A stretch of DNA of 63,639 bases, the filler included, from Octopus bimaculoides (taxonomy: Eukaryota): assembly GCF_001194135.2 (NCBI RefSeq). It is 6 parts of 6 records of this genome, joined end to end, with 100 filler letters (N's around TTAATTAATTAA, not from the genome) between each part and the next. Parts side by side here need not be neighbours in the genome. Positions count along the whole stretch, not along the records: positions 1 to 22,027 come from NC_068987.1; 5 more parts are not named here. One strand, 5' to 3'. Positions within the stretch are counted from its first letter, which is position 1. The number at the start of each line of letters is the position of its first letter. The notes under the pieces were generated by a model that was not told where the DNA came from, made no database searches, and was given only the letters and a program-made list of their open reading frames with translations. The translations under genes were made by a program, and so were the position numbers. Positions 1 to 12,481 of the stretch are shown here, one piece after another.

Positions 1-19
1 ATATATATATATATATATA

Positions 20-466
20 CAGATGTTGGACAAAATAGTGGAAACACTTAGCATCATACCACCATAATTGTGAAATATCTATAGAACCATCGAAGGTTTG
101 TTTATTTTTATGATATTTGATTTATTATTAGTGTTGCTTAATATGTTTTGCTTTTCAGATATCAGAAAAAGGTAATTAAAATTCATTAAAATTACAGATC
201 TATCGAACTTTCAAAGAGGTCAAATTGTTGGTGCTCGTATGGCAGGCGCTAGCTTAACGAAAACAGCCAAAATGTTTGGTGTATCAAGAAGTACTGCCTC
301 GAAAGTAATGACAGAAAGAGAGCAAAACCTCCTCGTCGAAACAACATTACGGAAAAGACTGGAGACTGTTTTAGCTGAAGAATGGACAAAAATTCCTTTG
401 GAAACAATTCAAAGTTTGTAGGAGTCCATACCTAGTAGAATTCAAGCTGTAATTGCTGCCAAGGGC
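20..466 (+). mobile_element. Internally deleted Tc1-like DNA transposon (5' TIR, N-terminus fused to C-terminus of transposase)
   Basis: TA then CAGATGTTGGACAAAATAGTGGAAAC. Encodes ..FQRGQIVGARMAGASLTKTAKMFGVSRST joined directly to LETVLAEEWTKIPLETIQSL. Same family as the element at 2639-3920, in opposite orientation. Confidence 0.85.
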
Positions 467-900
467 AGTAATTACAGAAAATCTTCGCACAATGTGCGTG
501 CAGCTGAGAGGGGAAATTGTTGAATCAGCATCCGTGAGTTATCAGAGGATGTGCAGATTAGTTACGGTTCAGTTCAGTCCATTATCACTGAAGATTTGGG
601 TATGAGATGCATGTCGGCCAAACTACTTTCAGCTGACCAAGAAGACACTTGGGTTTCAGTTGCACAAGATCTCCTTGATTGTGTCGAGAACGATGAAAAC
701 TTTTTGAAAATTTTCCGTAGGTCTCTGAGCAGGTATCACCAAGCTTTTGGCAAAATTTGATGCAAATTCTCTGCCCATCTTTCTCTGTCATGGTCAACGC
801 AACGATCACACGTTACACACCTTCCTTCCAAGCACTGCTATAAACAGGGGAAGTGAGCTAGAAAGTTAAAACTTAGTGCGCATGCACAGCAGAGTTCAAG
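467..900. mobile_element. Rearranged mariner transposase remnant
   Basis: + strand gives QISYGSVQSIITEDLGMRCMSAKL (second HTH/linker region typical of mariner). - strand at ~715-790 gives MTEKDGQRICIKFCQKLGDTCSET (mariner N-terminus). Confidence 0.75.
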
Positions 901-1277
901 GTTAATTTCTGCCAAGCAGCTTCACTCTGTGTGCTTTAGCTCCGTTTCTATGGCAACAATCCGGATACTTATTGATCAGACCACTTACGTACTAGCTTGC
1001 TGGTTTGTTATATTGCGCTGATAAAACATTTGCAGAATCGATTTGCTTTTTGCAAGGTGTTGCATGAACACGACTAACGATAAGTAATCAACGAAGTTTA
1101 TTAGTTCTTCTCAAATATGAAGCTTTGTTTAACTTCAATCTTTAGTTATTCCGAAAACATGCAAACTTAAGCNNNNNNNNNNCATATATATAATCATGAA
1201 ACTAACTCGCACAACCTAAAATTATTGGCATTGTGTCGTCAAAGTTTGAGACTATGCTTATTATAATTATCTTAGTA

Positions 1278-1620
1278 CAGTGCTTCTCACCTGGGCTCCA
1301 TATGACCCCTGAGGGTCTATACAAGATTTTGGAAGATCCACACAGCAAAATAGCAAATCGAGGATTTACAACAGTATTTTAAGAACCTCTGAAAATATTC
1401 TGCATTAGATGTATTTTTTGTATGTATTGCAAGAAACAGCCAGGTTCCTTTCTCTAACATTTTACACTATTCAACGTACACAGGTTAATGTGTGTGAAGC
1501 AAAATAGAAATTTTGAAAGAAGTAGTTATAAGGCGGTGCAACAGCATGGCCACATGTGGGTTCACCAGAATAAAATAGTAATCAAAGGGGTCTATTGGTA
1601 AAAATACATGAGAACCCCTG
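1278..1620. mobile_element. hAT-type MITE
   Basis: Ends CAGTGCTTCTCA...TGAGAACCCCTG. Flanked by an imperfect 8-bp TSD tcttagta/tcttgata. Confidence 0.7.
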
Positions 1621-1754
1621 TCTTGATACAATGCATCGTAATATAAGTACCAGTTCAGTACTGGGGTCGATGCAATTTTCTAACCCCTATTCGTGAAATT
1701 GCTGGCCTTGTGCCAAAATTTGAGACCAATATTATTATAATCATGTTTCTTAAC

Positions 1755-1965
1755 GGCGGCGAGCTGGCAGAATCGTTAGCACGCCGGGCGAAATGCTTTG
1801 CGGCATTTCGTCCGACCTTACATTCTGAGTTCAAATTCCGCCGAGGTCGACTTTGCTTTTCATCCTTTCGGGGTCAATGAAATAAGTAGCAGTTGCGTAC
1901 TAGGGTTGATCTAATCGACTGGAAACCTTTCCCCACAATTTCAGGCCTTGTGCCTATAGTTGAAA
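1755..1965 (+). mobile_element. tRNA-derived SINE, family A
   Basis: A-box-like TGGCAGAATCG and B-box-like GAGTTCAAATTCC. Near-identical copies at 50023, 43496 (-) and 63480 (-). Confidence 0.85.
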
Positions 1966-2638
1966 GAATTATAATAAACATATCAGAAATGGTGACACAG
2001 TCCGTAACAGTCTGAGCAGTAATTAATCTCGTTGATCATTGACTGAGTTTAAATCCTACTGGCCAGCCCCGGCACAACATTTTATCCTGCTTTTGGTCTG
2101 CCGGAAATATTTTCTCTATTCAATTCNNNNNNNNNNNNNNNNNNNNNNNNNNNNNNNNNNNNNNNNNNNNNNNNNNNNNNNNNNNNNNNNNNNNNNNNNN
2201 NNNNNNNNNNNNNNNNNNNNNNNNNNNNNNNNNNNNNNNNNNNNNNNNNNNNNNNNNNNNNNNNNNNNNNNNNNNNNNNNNNNNNNNNNNNNNNNNNNNN
2301 NNNNNNNNNNNNNNNNNNNNNNNNNNNNNNNNNNNNNNNNNNNNNNNNNNNNNNNNNNNNNNNNNNNNNNNNNNNNNNNNNNNNNNNNNNNNNNNNNNNN
2401 NNNNNNNNNNNNNNNNNNNNNNNNNNNNNNNNNNNNNNNNNNNNNNNNNNNNNNNNNNNNNNNNNNNNNNNNNNNNNNNNNNNNNNNNNNNNNNNNNNNN
2501 NNNNNNNNNNNNNNNNNNNNNNNNNNNNNNNNNNNNNTTATCAAACAATCCCATGAGGATAAAAATAAAACTTCTTTTCTATAATGTTATTCAATAAAGC
2601 CACCTTCAGCCTCAATAACTGCTTCTATATGAGATCTA

Positions 2639-3920
2639 CAGGGTTCGATAAAATAATGGAAACATCTTAAAATTTCAAACAAATTTATTTTAATATGGGG
2701 TAGGACCGCCTTTGGCAGTAGTTACAGCTTGAATTCTACGAAGTATAAACTCCTAAAAACTCTGAATTGTTTCCAAAGGAATTTTTGTCCATTCTTCAGC
2801 TAAAACAGTCTCCAGTTCTTGTAGTGATGATGGTGGAGGATATCGACTCCTTACTTGTTTTTCTAAAAGGCACCATAAATGTTTGATAATATTGAGATCT
2901 GGGGGACTGTGGTGACCAGATAAGATGTTCAACTTCACTAGAATGTTCCTCGTGCCATTCAGTAAAAACTTTAGCCGTGTGAATTGGTGCATTATCATCC
3001 TGGAAGATTGTGTTTCTCTCCGGAAACAGTTCCGCAAACAGGATAAATTTTATTAGATAAAATGTTTAAATAGTCTTGACTATTAATCTATTAATTCTGC
3101 CATGAAGAGAAACCATTGGACCGGTAGATTTCCAAGATATACCTTTCCCACCCACCACTTGATTACAGATCCTCCTCCATATTTAACAGTTCGGAAGGCA
3201 GTCTGGGTCAAATGCTTCTTTTGGCTCTCTCCACACGTATACTCGGCCGGTGGTCGGAAATAAGGTAAAGAATGGTTCGTCCGAGAAAATAACATTCTTC
3301 CACTTCTCTAGGGACGAATTCTGTAGGTTTTTACTCTACACTAAACGCTTTGCAACGTTTGTTTTTGAAAGTAGTGGTTTTCTGATTGCAACCGTCCCGT
3401 GAAATCCAGGTTTGTGCACCTCTCGGCGAACAGTTTTTGTGGAGACTAGGTTTTTTGTGGAAACTGGGCTCTCGAGCCAGTCATTAAGCTCTTCAGTAAT
3501 TTTGGAAGCTGTACTTTTGTCATCCTTTTTAACAATTCGCGTTAGATTCTGAAAGTTTTGGTTTTCTTCCGGAGTGTTGTTTCGACGAGGACGTTTTTCT
3601 CTCTTTCTCAAAGGCTGTCATTAGTTTCGAGACATTACGTCTTGATACACCAAACATTTCGGCTGTTTTCGTTACGCTAGCGCCTGCTATACGAACACCA
3701 ACAATTTGACCTCTTTGAAAGTCCGATAGATCTGTCATTTTAATGAATTTTAATTACTTTTTTCTGATGATATCTGAAAAGAAACAGCAACTTTAGCAAA
3801 ACATATTAAGCAACACTAATAATAAATAAAAAAAAACATAAAAATAAACAAGCTTTTATAGATATTTCAAAATTATGATGCTATGATGCTATATGGGTCC
3901 ATTATTTTATCCGACCTCTG
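2639..3920 (-). mobile_element. Near full-length Tc1-like transposon with TA target duplication
   Basis: Imperfect TIRs CAGGGTTCGATAAAATAATGG / CAGAGGTCGGATAAAATAATGG. TA at 2637-2638 and 3921-3922. Confidence 0.9.
2690..3738 (-). pseudogene. Frameshifted Tc1-family (DD34E-type) transposase
   Basis: Fragments in ORFs 3529-3738, 3336-3611, 3083-3295 and 2753-3037. Motifs: MTDLSDFQRGQIVG, TVKYGGGSV, SPPDLNIIKHLW, LQELETVLAEEWTKIP. Confidence 0.9.
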
Positions 3921-5084
3921 TAAATCATCTCCATGCTCGAATCAAGTTGTCCTGGGTCATTTTGGACATTACTCTAACTATGGCAGCTTTCAAAGAATCT
4001 TTGGTGTTATAGGCGTGTTCATTGACCTCTCTCTCAACAACGCTTCACATGTAATAGTCCAATGGATTGAGATCTGGGGAATTGGGAGGCCAAATGTTAG
4101 TAGTTAAGTGATCATAAAAAATTTCAGACGTCCATTCCTGTGTTACTAGAGCCATGTGTGACAATACAGAGTCTTACTGAAACACAAATAGCCTTCCATT
4201 GCATACACTTTCTATCCAGAACTTAACAATTATTTCCGGGACCTCAATGTAGGCGGCAGAGGTAACCCTAAGGCCTTGTGGAAAGATGTAAGGAGGCATC
4301 ACATGACAGATGGTTATGTGCAGACCCTTCTGAAGTCTCAAGTGTTATGCATACAAAATTTTCTACAACTGTCATGATCTAAGGAGTTGTCAACAATGAC
4401 AGTTTCAGGAAATTTTGTATGCATAACACTCGGAACTTCAGAAGGGTCTGCACATAAGCATCCGTCATTTCGTCTGTTAACTTTTTGATCTTGGTCGCAG
4501 TTTTTCTCGTTTGACAAAAACCAAATCAAATCTTCTGCTGGATTTTTCAGTTTGTTTAAGAACCTTTTAGATCTCAGGTAATGATTTTCTTTTGCTTTTT
4601 CTGATAAAATAACCTTTCCTCATCATATAAGACTTATATCCAATGTCTTCGTGGACAACATTTCTGACTGTTCCTTTTGACACATGGAGATCTTTTGCAA
4701 TTGACCTCATGGATTTTCTGAGATTGTAATCAATGGTCTTTTGAACTTGTTCGATAAATTCGGGTGTTCTGACGATTTCAGAGCGTTTAGAATGCTTTTT
4801 ATGCTTTGATACTGGTGATACGTTTCCAACTTTACAAACTTTGTAGACAAAAGATCTGGCAACTATTAAACATCGAGATATTTCTAAATTGCAATGCTCA
4901 GTCTTTATAACCACAATAACAATATTCCTCTTCATTTCTTGAGTAAGCTGAGGGTCAGCCATTATTATTTTCTGAAACAAAGATTATAGAGTGTCAACAA
5001 AAAGATGTAGCAATGATCAAATAAAGGTGTGTCCTCGAATACCTTACGCATCCTGTATGTATATATATATAAACATATTACCCA

Positions 5085-5232
5085 GGCGTGGCTTTGTGAA
5101 AAGAAGTTTGCTTCCCGACCACAAGCTTCAGTCCCACTGCGTAACACTTTGGGAAAGTGTCTTAAGTGTCTTCTACTATAGCCTAGGGCCGACGAAAGCC
5201 TGGTGAGTGGATTTGCTAGGTCGTATATATAA
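5085..5232 (+). mobile_element. Partial SINE, family B (CORE-like)
   Basis: GGGAAAGTGTC..TTCTACTATAGCCTAGGGCCGAC..AAAGCCTGGTGAGTGGATTTG matches the other family B copies. Confidence 0.75.
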
Positions 5233-5839
5233 TTGCTTTCCTAATCGTACAGATATTTCTACTTTTTCCTATTTTTTTTGCATTATTTACATATTAGGAT
5301 ACAGTTTTTTAATGTACAAGACCTGAAGAGTGTTTTCATTCTGAGTGGAACTTACCTTGATCGATTTATTGTAAATTGCACAGATTTTATCCACTATTAT
5401 GTGGCCACGAAACGGGCGTAATCTATTATTCACTTTCTTTTTTATAAATTTACAAAACTGAATTAAATTTTTAATCTAATATTTTATGGATTTTATGGAT
5501 TATAAACTTTTCTTTTTGATTTTATAGATTTTTAAATCAGTATTTTGTAGAGTACGTTTTTCTTGATGGTGTCTGATCTCCTTCATTGTTTCGATTGCAT
5601 CTTCGTGGTTCTTCTGTAAATTATTAATATATATATATATATAAACATTCACCTCTTGCATCATATAGCTTTAAGCAAATGAAGCTCATGACATCATCTC
5701 TTATTTCCTTGTGTTTGATTTAATTTCTTAATACTGCTCTGTACTCGAATGACGTTTCGTTTTGCAGCATATGTATGTATATTAAGTCCTAACACCAGGT
5801 TGTTAGTATCACTATGCCTTAGCGAAATAATGATGATAG

Positions 5840-5847
5840 TAACAATG

Positions 5848-5919
<72 letters not shown>

Positions 5920-5932
5920 GTAATAATAATAA

Positions 5933-5963
<31 letters not shown>

Positions 5964-6011
5964 AACAATGATAATAATAATAATTATTATTATTATTATT
6001 ATTATTATTAT
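5840..6011. repeat. (AAT)n microsatellite switching to (ATT)n
   Basis: Seen directly. It explains the poly-Ile ORFs on both strands. Confidence 0.95.
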
Positions 6012-6014
6012 GAA

Positions 6015-6150
6015 TTCAAATTTTGGCACAAGGCCAGATATTTCAAGAAAGGAGTTAAGCCGACCCCCTGTGTTCAGCTGGTACTTATTTTATTGACTCT
6101 GTCGGATGAAAGGTAAAGTCGACCTCGGCGGCATTTAAACTCGGAAGCGA
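6015..6150 (-). mobile_element. SINE family A fragment
   Basis: GAAAGGTAAAGTCGACCTCGGCGGCATTTAAACTC matches the reverse complement of family A. Confidence 0.7.
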
Positions 6151-6189
6151 AGCCTTAATGTATTAGTGTTCAATATTTCCAAACTGGGT

Positions 6190-6232
6190 CTCTCTATATA
6201 TATCGCTCTCTGTCTCTCTCTTTATATATCTA

Positions 6233-6301
<69 letters not shown>

Positions 6302-6370
6302 CTCTCTCTCTCTGTCTTTCTCACTGTCTCTTACTCTCACTCTCTTACTTTCACCCCCTCTCTCTCTCTC

Positions 6371-6467
<97 letters not shown>

Positions 6468-6665
6468 CTATCGATCTGTCTTTCTATTTCTCTGTCTCTC
6501 GCTTTCACTCCTTCACTCTCTCTCCACCCCCTCTCTCTCTCTCTCTCTGACTGTCTCACGCTCTCAATGACTCTCGCTCTCACTGTCACTCTCGCTCACT
6601 GTCTCTCTCTCTCTCCCTCTCTCACTCATTCTTTCTCTTTCTCTCACTCTCCTAGTCTCTCACTC
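6190..6665. repeat. Compound (TATC)n/(TC)n microsatellite
   Basis: Seen directly. Confidence 0.95.
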
Positions 6666-8703
6666 GCTCTTCGATGAAGAACGGGCATCCGAAACGTTAC
6701 ACTTCTTTGTTTCCGCACAAAACAAACCATGTTCCATTGTTTGGATTAACCGTACTTAACTATAACGTTTAAGTAAAACAAGAGAATCCGAGAAATATAG
6801 TAACAGTCTGTATTAGCATTTAGCAAAGAACAAAAATATCACGAAGTGGAATAAATTATTTTCCTGTGAAGAAGTGAAATACAATACTTTGTATATTAAC
6901 TTCTGTCGGAAAGAAAGGTAATGCTTGAAACATATATAGCTGGTGTTTTATTTTAATATTTACAAAACTAAATTTGAAAAAAAATTAACAAAAGAAAATA
7001 AATACCGTTAATCTGTTTTTAACTGGCCAGCTGGTGTATTTAATCTGTCGATTGGTTGAACATGTCTACATAGATTAGTTAAGGAACGCCCATGGTATTA
7101 TGATTTACTATGTATGATACGGAAAGGTTAATTTAATAAACAGTTAACACAGAATACGGCATCGGCAACAGAAGTCAAAGTAATTGCTACGGTTTTATCT
7201 CGCAAGTAAAACCTTATGATACGATTCGTTTTAAAGCATAGATTAAACCGATAGATTAAACTATCTAAAATAGATTAAAACTATCATAGAGAAGATAAAA
7301 GGGAAGATTATCTGTGACACAGTATCAAGAATTACTACAGTTTAGATATATGGTATAGAACTATTAGCTTGAAGGTCTTCAGTATGAATAGGCTTCATGA
7401 ATATCTTGGTGAATGTATATTGTGTTTCGTTGTATACCCACGTATTCGTGCCGTTAATGATAGCAAACATGTTTATCTTTGTTAAATAAGAATAAAACGA
7501 AGTTAAAATATACAAAACGAGGTTTATTTTTAAATGCAGATATTTACATGCTATAATAGAATTTGCATTGAACAATCTTGATGGAAAAAAGAAAAAAAAA
7601 ACTTTGTAAGTTCAGTGTTTGCTATAGCAGTACACAAACTGAAAATTTAGCCAATTACAGAGAAATAATCACGCAACAGTGCTAAGCAGGCGAAGAAGCT
7701 TTGCAGGTACAATTTAATTTAATAATTCTTTTCTTACTATGTGTCGCTTCCTTTTCTGTTTTTTCTTCTTTTCTTTTTTATTTAGAATGAATTTTTTGTT
7801 CTTAAAAAAGATTTCAATTGTTATACGTATTTTCAACGTGAAGTTACAAATTTTGTTTTTATTTTTAGTTTTACTGAGAATATCGTAGAGTTGCTTGCCC
7901 GTGGAAGAAAAAAGAGATGACAAAATAGGTATACTCTGACAGGGGCGAATAACTGACCTTACGATATGTTAATGATTATTTCAAATATTAGAATAGCTTG
8001 GAAATTTACGTCATCTTAAAATCAAGGGAAGATTAATATCACGTGCTGTTAAATTTAAATATTGGGATAACTATACCTTCATCTTTCTTACTACCTGTCA
8101 GTATTTTTCCATGATAGTAGACATTAGGAAGAGACTTTACCAAAGCTCGTCTTCAATCAAGCAATTATTTTGTCCAAATATTGCAAATTAATAATTACAA
8201 TAATCATATCAAGCATTAGTCGCAAGACATATACCAGCACACTAGGTGGGCGCAGCGTATTTCAAAGCACACACAAAAACTAATCGATCTGTTGTTATTT
8301 CTTCGTCTACGAAATCAACATCATCAATACACACACACACAATTAAATGTATGACTGCTTCTGATGGATTTAGAGCTTCATGAAGAGTATCATCATCCAG
8401 GCTATTTCTAGTAATTCAGTGTCGCTCTTACAGCACTTAGTGTTTTTGCTGGTTGTGGTATACACAGGAAACGTTGGAGAAAATGCAAAAAAGTTTTTCC
8501 CTGAAGAACTGATGTAGTACACCATCTTATTACACTTTGAATACCGACTACAGAGGATGCTAATAACCACTACAGTGAAACGTACGTAAGGAACACATGA
8601 TATAAACTGCATATTGTGTCTATCATTTATATGTGTGTGTGTGTGTGCATACGCGCGCGTGTGTGTGTGAATATACACATATATAATATTCAGTACCCGT
8701 GAA

Positions 8704-8916
8704 GGCGCGTGGCTCAGTGGTTAGGGCATTCGGCTCACGATTGTAAGGTCGTGAGTTCGATTCCCGGCAACGCGTTGTGTCCTTGAGCAAGATACTTTAT
8801 TTCGTGTTGCTCCAGTCCACTCAGCTGGTAAAAATGAGTAGTACCTGTATTTCAAAGTGTCGGCCTTGTCACACTCTGTGTCACGCTGAATCTCCCTGAG
8901 AACTACGTTACGGGTA
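8704..8916 (+). mobile_element. tRNA-derived SINE, family C (runs into gap)
   Basis: tRNA-like head GGCGCGTGGCTCAGTGGTTAGGG...GAGTTCGATTCCC, followed by a GTGTCCTTGAGCAAGATACTT conserved-domain-like body. Confidence 0.8.
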
Positions 8917-9951
8917 NNNNNNNNNNNNNNNNNNNNNNNNNNNNNNNNNNNNNNNNNNNNNNNNNNNNNNNNNNNNNNNNNNNNNNNNNNNNNNNNNNNN
9001 NNNNNNNNNNNNNNNNNNNNNNNNNNNNNNNNNNNNNNNNNNNNNNNNNNNNNNNNNNNNNNNNNNNNNNNNNNNNNNNNNNNNNNNNNNNNNNNNNNNN
9101 NNNNNNNNNNNNNNNNNNNNNNNNNNNNNNNNNNNNNNNNNNNNNNNNNNNNNNNNNNNNNNNNNNNNNNNNNNNNNNNNNNNNNNNNNNNNNNNNNNNN
9201 NNNNNNNNNNNNNNNNNNNNNNNNNNNNNNNNNNNNNNNNNNNNNNNNNNNNNNNNNNNNNNNNNNNNNNNNNNNNNNNNNNNNNNNNNNNNNNNNNNNN
9301 NNNNNNNNNNNNNNNNNNNNNNNNNNNNNNNNNNNNNNNNNNNNNNNNNNNNNNNNNNNNNNNNNNNNNNNNNNNNNNNNNNNNNNNNNNNNNNNNNNNN
9401 NNNNNNNNNNNNNNNNNNNNNNNNNNNNNNNNNNNNNNNNNNNNNNNNNNNNNNNNNNNNNNNNNNNNNNNNNNNNNNNNNNNNNNNNNNNNNNNNNNNN
9501 NNNNNNNNNNNNNNNNNNNNNNNNNNNNNNNNNNNNNNNNNNNNNNNNNNNNNNNNNNNNNNNNNNNNNNNNNNNNNNNNNNNNNNNNNNNNNNNNNNNN
9601 NNNNNNNNNNNNNNNNNNNNNNNNTATGTATGTATGTATGTATGTATGTATGTATGTATGTATGTATGTATGTATGTATGTATGTATGTATGTATGCTTT
9701 TATGCATATACATATAAACATATCTACTTACACACATGTATATATGTATTCTCATAGCCGTCACTTTCGAGTGAGAATGAGTTGGTAAGATATTCTATGA
9801 TTTTCCTCATTGTTTTGGGTGCCTGCGAGTTGGTGAGCATAGATAGACAACTTTTCGCCCCCCCCCCATCTTACCTTTCTAAAAGCGTGCTGATGTGATA
9901 GCTGTAGGAATAAAAGACTTCACCAGTTTTCAGCTGGTACTCGCTTTAAAT

Positions 9952-10247
9952 TAGGGGCTTCCAACCTTATTTTGCTTGTGGACACCCTGAGAGATATCTT
10001 ATCATCTGTGGACCCCATATATGCACATGTAAATTTTTGAAATAAAATATTTGTTTAGGTTAGTAAAAACTAATAATGAAACAATTCCGTTATATTCATA
10101 ACAGAAATTCTAAATACAAATCTTGAAAACTTCAATAAATACAGCTACCTCACCTAATAAACAAAATTTATATATGGACCCACAAATTGCAATTGTTTAC
10201 TAGTGGACCCCCTTAAAGCTTCTGTAGACCCCGGTTGGGAAGCCCTG
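9952..10247. mobile_element. hAT-type MITE
   Basis: Ends TAGGGGCTTCCAACC / GGTTGGGAAGCCCTG. 8-bp TSD ctttaaat/ctttaagt. Confidence 0.8.
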
Positions 10248-10869
10248 CTTTAAGTGATTACATTGGAGCGATATGAAGAAAAAGAGCATTGATCAAGGTT
10301 GTAATGCAATACTTTGTACAGAAATAGAACCCACGACCTTATGATAATAAAGCGAACACCTTAACCACCATCCAACCTGTTTTTACTGTGTTCAATCTAT
10401 ATAGAAACAATATAAAGAACGTAATGAAGCTCGCACATGACTGAGGAAAATATCCCGCAAATCGTTTATGCTAAATCCTTTATAACATTCTCTATTATTC
10501 TTAACTATTTCTAAAAGTGAAACAATAGGAATTGACGAAGCTAGTAATGGCGCGTGTAAGCATACAGCTTGCTGAATATTTATTTTGCTGCGAGAAACAG
10601 AAGCCTAACGTTTTGGACAATTATCATCATCGGAAACAAATGAAATGTTTTTGTGATAGAAGTGAATACCGCGACTTCCAGTCTACTTATTCACAACTAT
10701 CAGCAGTCGGAGTTAGATTTCCTCTCTGCCTCACGGTAAAATAATTTGCTACATTTTGTGAACTTTTTTGAACTAAAGATTCATAGCCTTTGGAATTTAA
10801 CAGTTTTAGCAGATTTTCCTTATCTCAGTAATTGTTTCCTATTATTATTATCCATTTAATATTTTGACG

Positions 10870-11118
10870 ATGCTGGATTGGTAAAATCGTTAGAGCGTCG
10901 GAATATAACGTCTACTACGATATTTAGATATGATTCTTCACTTTGTGAATTTGGATCCCACCAAGATCAAATTCGCATTTCCAACTTTCCGGAACTAGTA
11001 AAATACCAACGACGCCAGTACAAGTCAAATCTTGGGTTGGATGTAATCGACGAATACCCTCCCGTGAAAATTTCTTATCTTGAGCATTATTTGAAGCCAT
11101 TATCATTACTACTACTAC

Positions 11119-11195
<77 letters not shown>

Positions 11196-11290
11196 TGGCG
11201 GCAAGATAGCAGAATCGTTAGCATGCTGGGCGAAATGCTCAGCGGCCTTTCGTCCGTCTCTACGTTCTGAGTTCAAATTCTACTGCAGCA
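10870..11290 (+). mobile_element. Two degenerate family A SINE heads separated by (ATT)n
   Basis: TGGCGGCAAGATAGCAGAATCGTTAGC...CTGAGTTCAAATTC at 11195-11280. A weaker copy starts at ~10875. Confidence 0.6.
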
Positions 11291-11945
11291 CTGGGTTGAT
11301 CAATGCTTTGTGAGTGAATGTGGTAGGCAATAATTATATAGAAACCACGTTGTATATGTGTATGTGTGTGTGTGTATGAGTGTGTGTGAGTGTGTATGTG
11401 TGCGTGAGAGAGTGTGTGTGTGTGTATATATATATATGTATGTGTATATGTGTTTGTGTGCGTGGGTGAGTGAGTATGTATATGTGTATGTATATGTGTA
11501 TGTTTATGTGTATGTATATATGTGTGTGTTTGTGTGTTAGAGAGTGAGTGCAAGTGTATGTATGTATATATATGCGTGTGTGTGAATATGTGTTTGTTTG
11601 TGTGTGTAGGTAGGTGTGCGTGTGCGCGCGTGTATATATATATGTATACATACACATGTGTGTGCACGCGTGTATGTGTCTTTGTATATGTGTATGCCTC
11701 TGTGTCTGTTGTTTCACCCCCCCCCCCACTGCCGTTTGACAATCGGTGTTGGTTTGTTTACTACACCATAATATAGCAGTTAAGCAAAAAGTATCCGAGA
11801 GAATAAGTGCCAGACTTCAAAAACATGAGTACCAGGGTCGATTTGCTCGAGTTAATTGTTCAAGGCGGTGCTCCAGTATGACCGTAGCCCAATGATTGGG
11901 ACGAGTCAATGATATTAATTTGATATTGATTCGCTTGATATGAAC

Positions 11946-12481
11946 TCTTTTACTTGTTTCAGTCATTTGACTGCGGCCAGCCTATAGCACCGCCTTTAGT
12001 CGAGAAAATCAACCCCAGGACTTATTCTTTGTGAGCCTAGTACTTATACTATCGATCTCTTTTTGCCGAACCGCTAAGTTACGGGGACGTAAACACACCA
12101 GCATCGGTTATCAAGCGATGTTAGGGGGACAAACACAGACACATAAGCACACACACACACACACACACGCACACACACACATATANNNNNNNNNNNNNNN
12201 NNNNNNNNNNNNNNNNNNNNNNNNNNNNNNNNNNNNNNNNNNNNNNNNNNNNNNNNNNNNNNNNNNNNNNNNNNNNNNNNNNNNNNNNNNNNNNNNNNNN
12301 NTATACATACATATAAACGACGGGCTTCTTTCAGTTTCCGTCTACCAAATCCACTCACAAGGCTTTGGTCGGCTCGAGGCTATAGTGGAAGACACTTGCC
12401 CAATGTGCCACACAGTGGGACTGAACCCGGAACCATGTGGTTGGTAAGCAAGCTACTTATCACACAGCCACTCCTGCGCCT
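11946..12481 (-). mobile_element. Full-length SINE, family B (CORE-like, internal microsatellite and gap)
   Basis: Reverse complement reads GGCGCAGGAGTGGCTGTG..GGTTCCGGGTTCAGTCCCAC..TTGGGCAAGTGTCTTC..(TG)n..CAGTCAAATGACTGAAACAAGTAAAAGA. The TTGGGCAAGT segment resembles the CORE-SINE domain. Confidence 0.9.

Larger units (their letters stand above)
2538..5055 (-). mobile_element. DD37D/maT-like Tc1/mariner element, decayed, interrupted by a Tc1 insertion
   Basis: ORF 4567-4980 is a transposase N-terminus (RKSMRSIAKDLHVSKGTVRNVVHEDIGYKSY). A WPPNSPDLNPLDY motif lies at ~4050-4090 (-). The C-terminus HIEAVIEAEGGFIE* lies at ~2590-2635, on the far side of the Tc1 insertion. Right end is CAG...TA at 5055. 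Confidence 0.8.

Noticed and set aside
2039-2584. Long ORFs spanning N gaps (also 8721-9764, 20253-21647, 52748-53299, 60555-61508 and others)
   Set aside because: Their length comes from X residues across gaps, not from real coding sequence.
8370-8678. Short unique-sequence ORFs (also 14777-15028, 60189-60392, 63272-63457)
   Set aside because: No recognisable motifs or consistent splice chain, and their lengths are within chance expectation.
8704-8775. tRNA gene candidates (also 43870-43942 and 44366-44440)
   Set aside because: Anticodon and acceptor stems are imperfect, there is no T-run terminator, and each continues into a repeated body. They are SINE/repeat heads.
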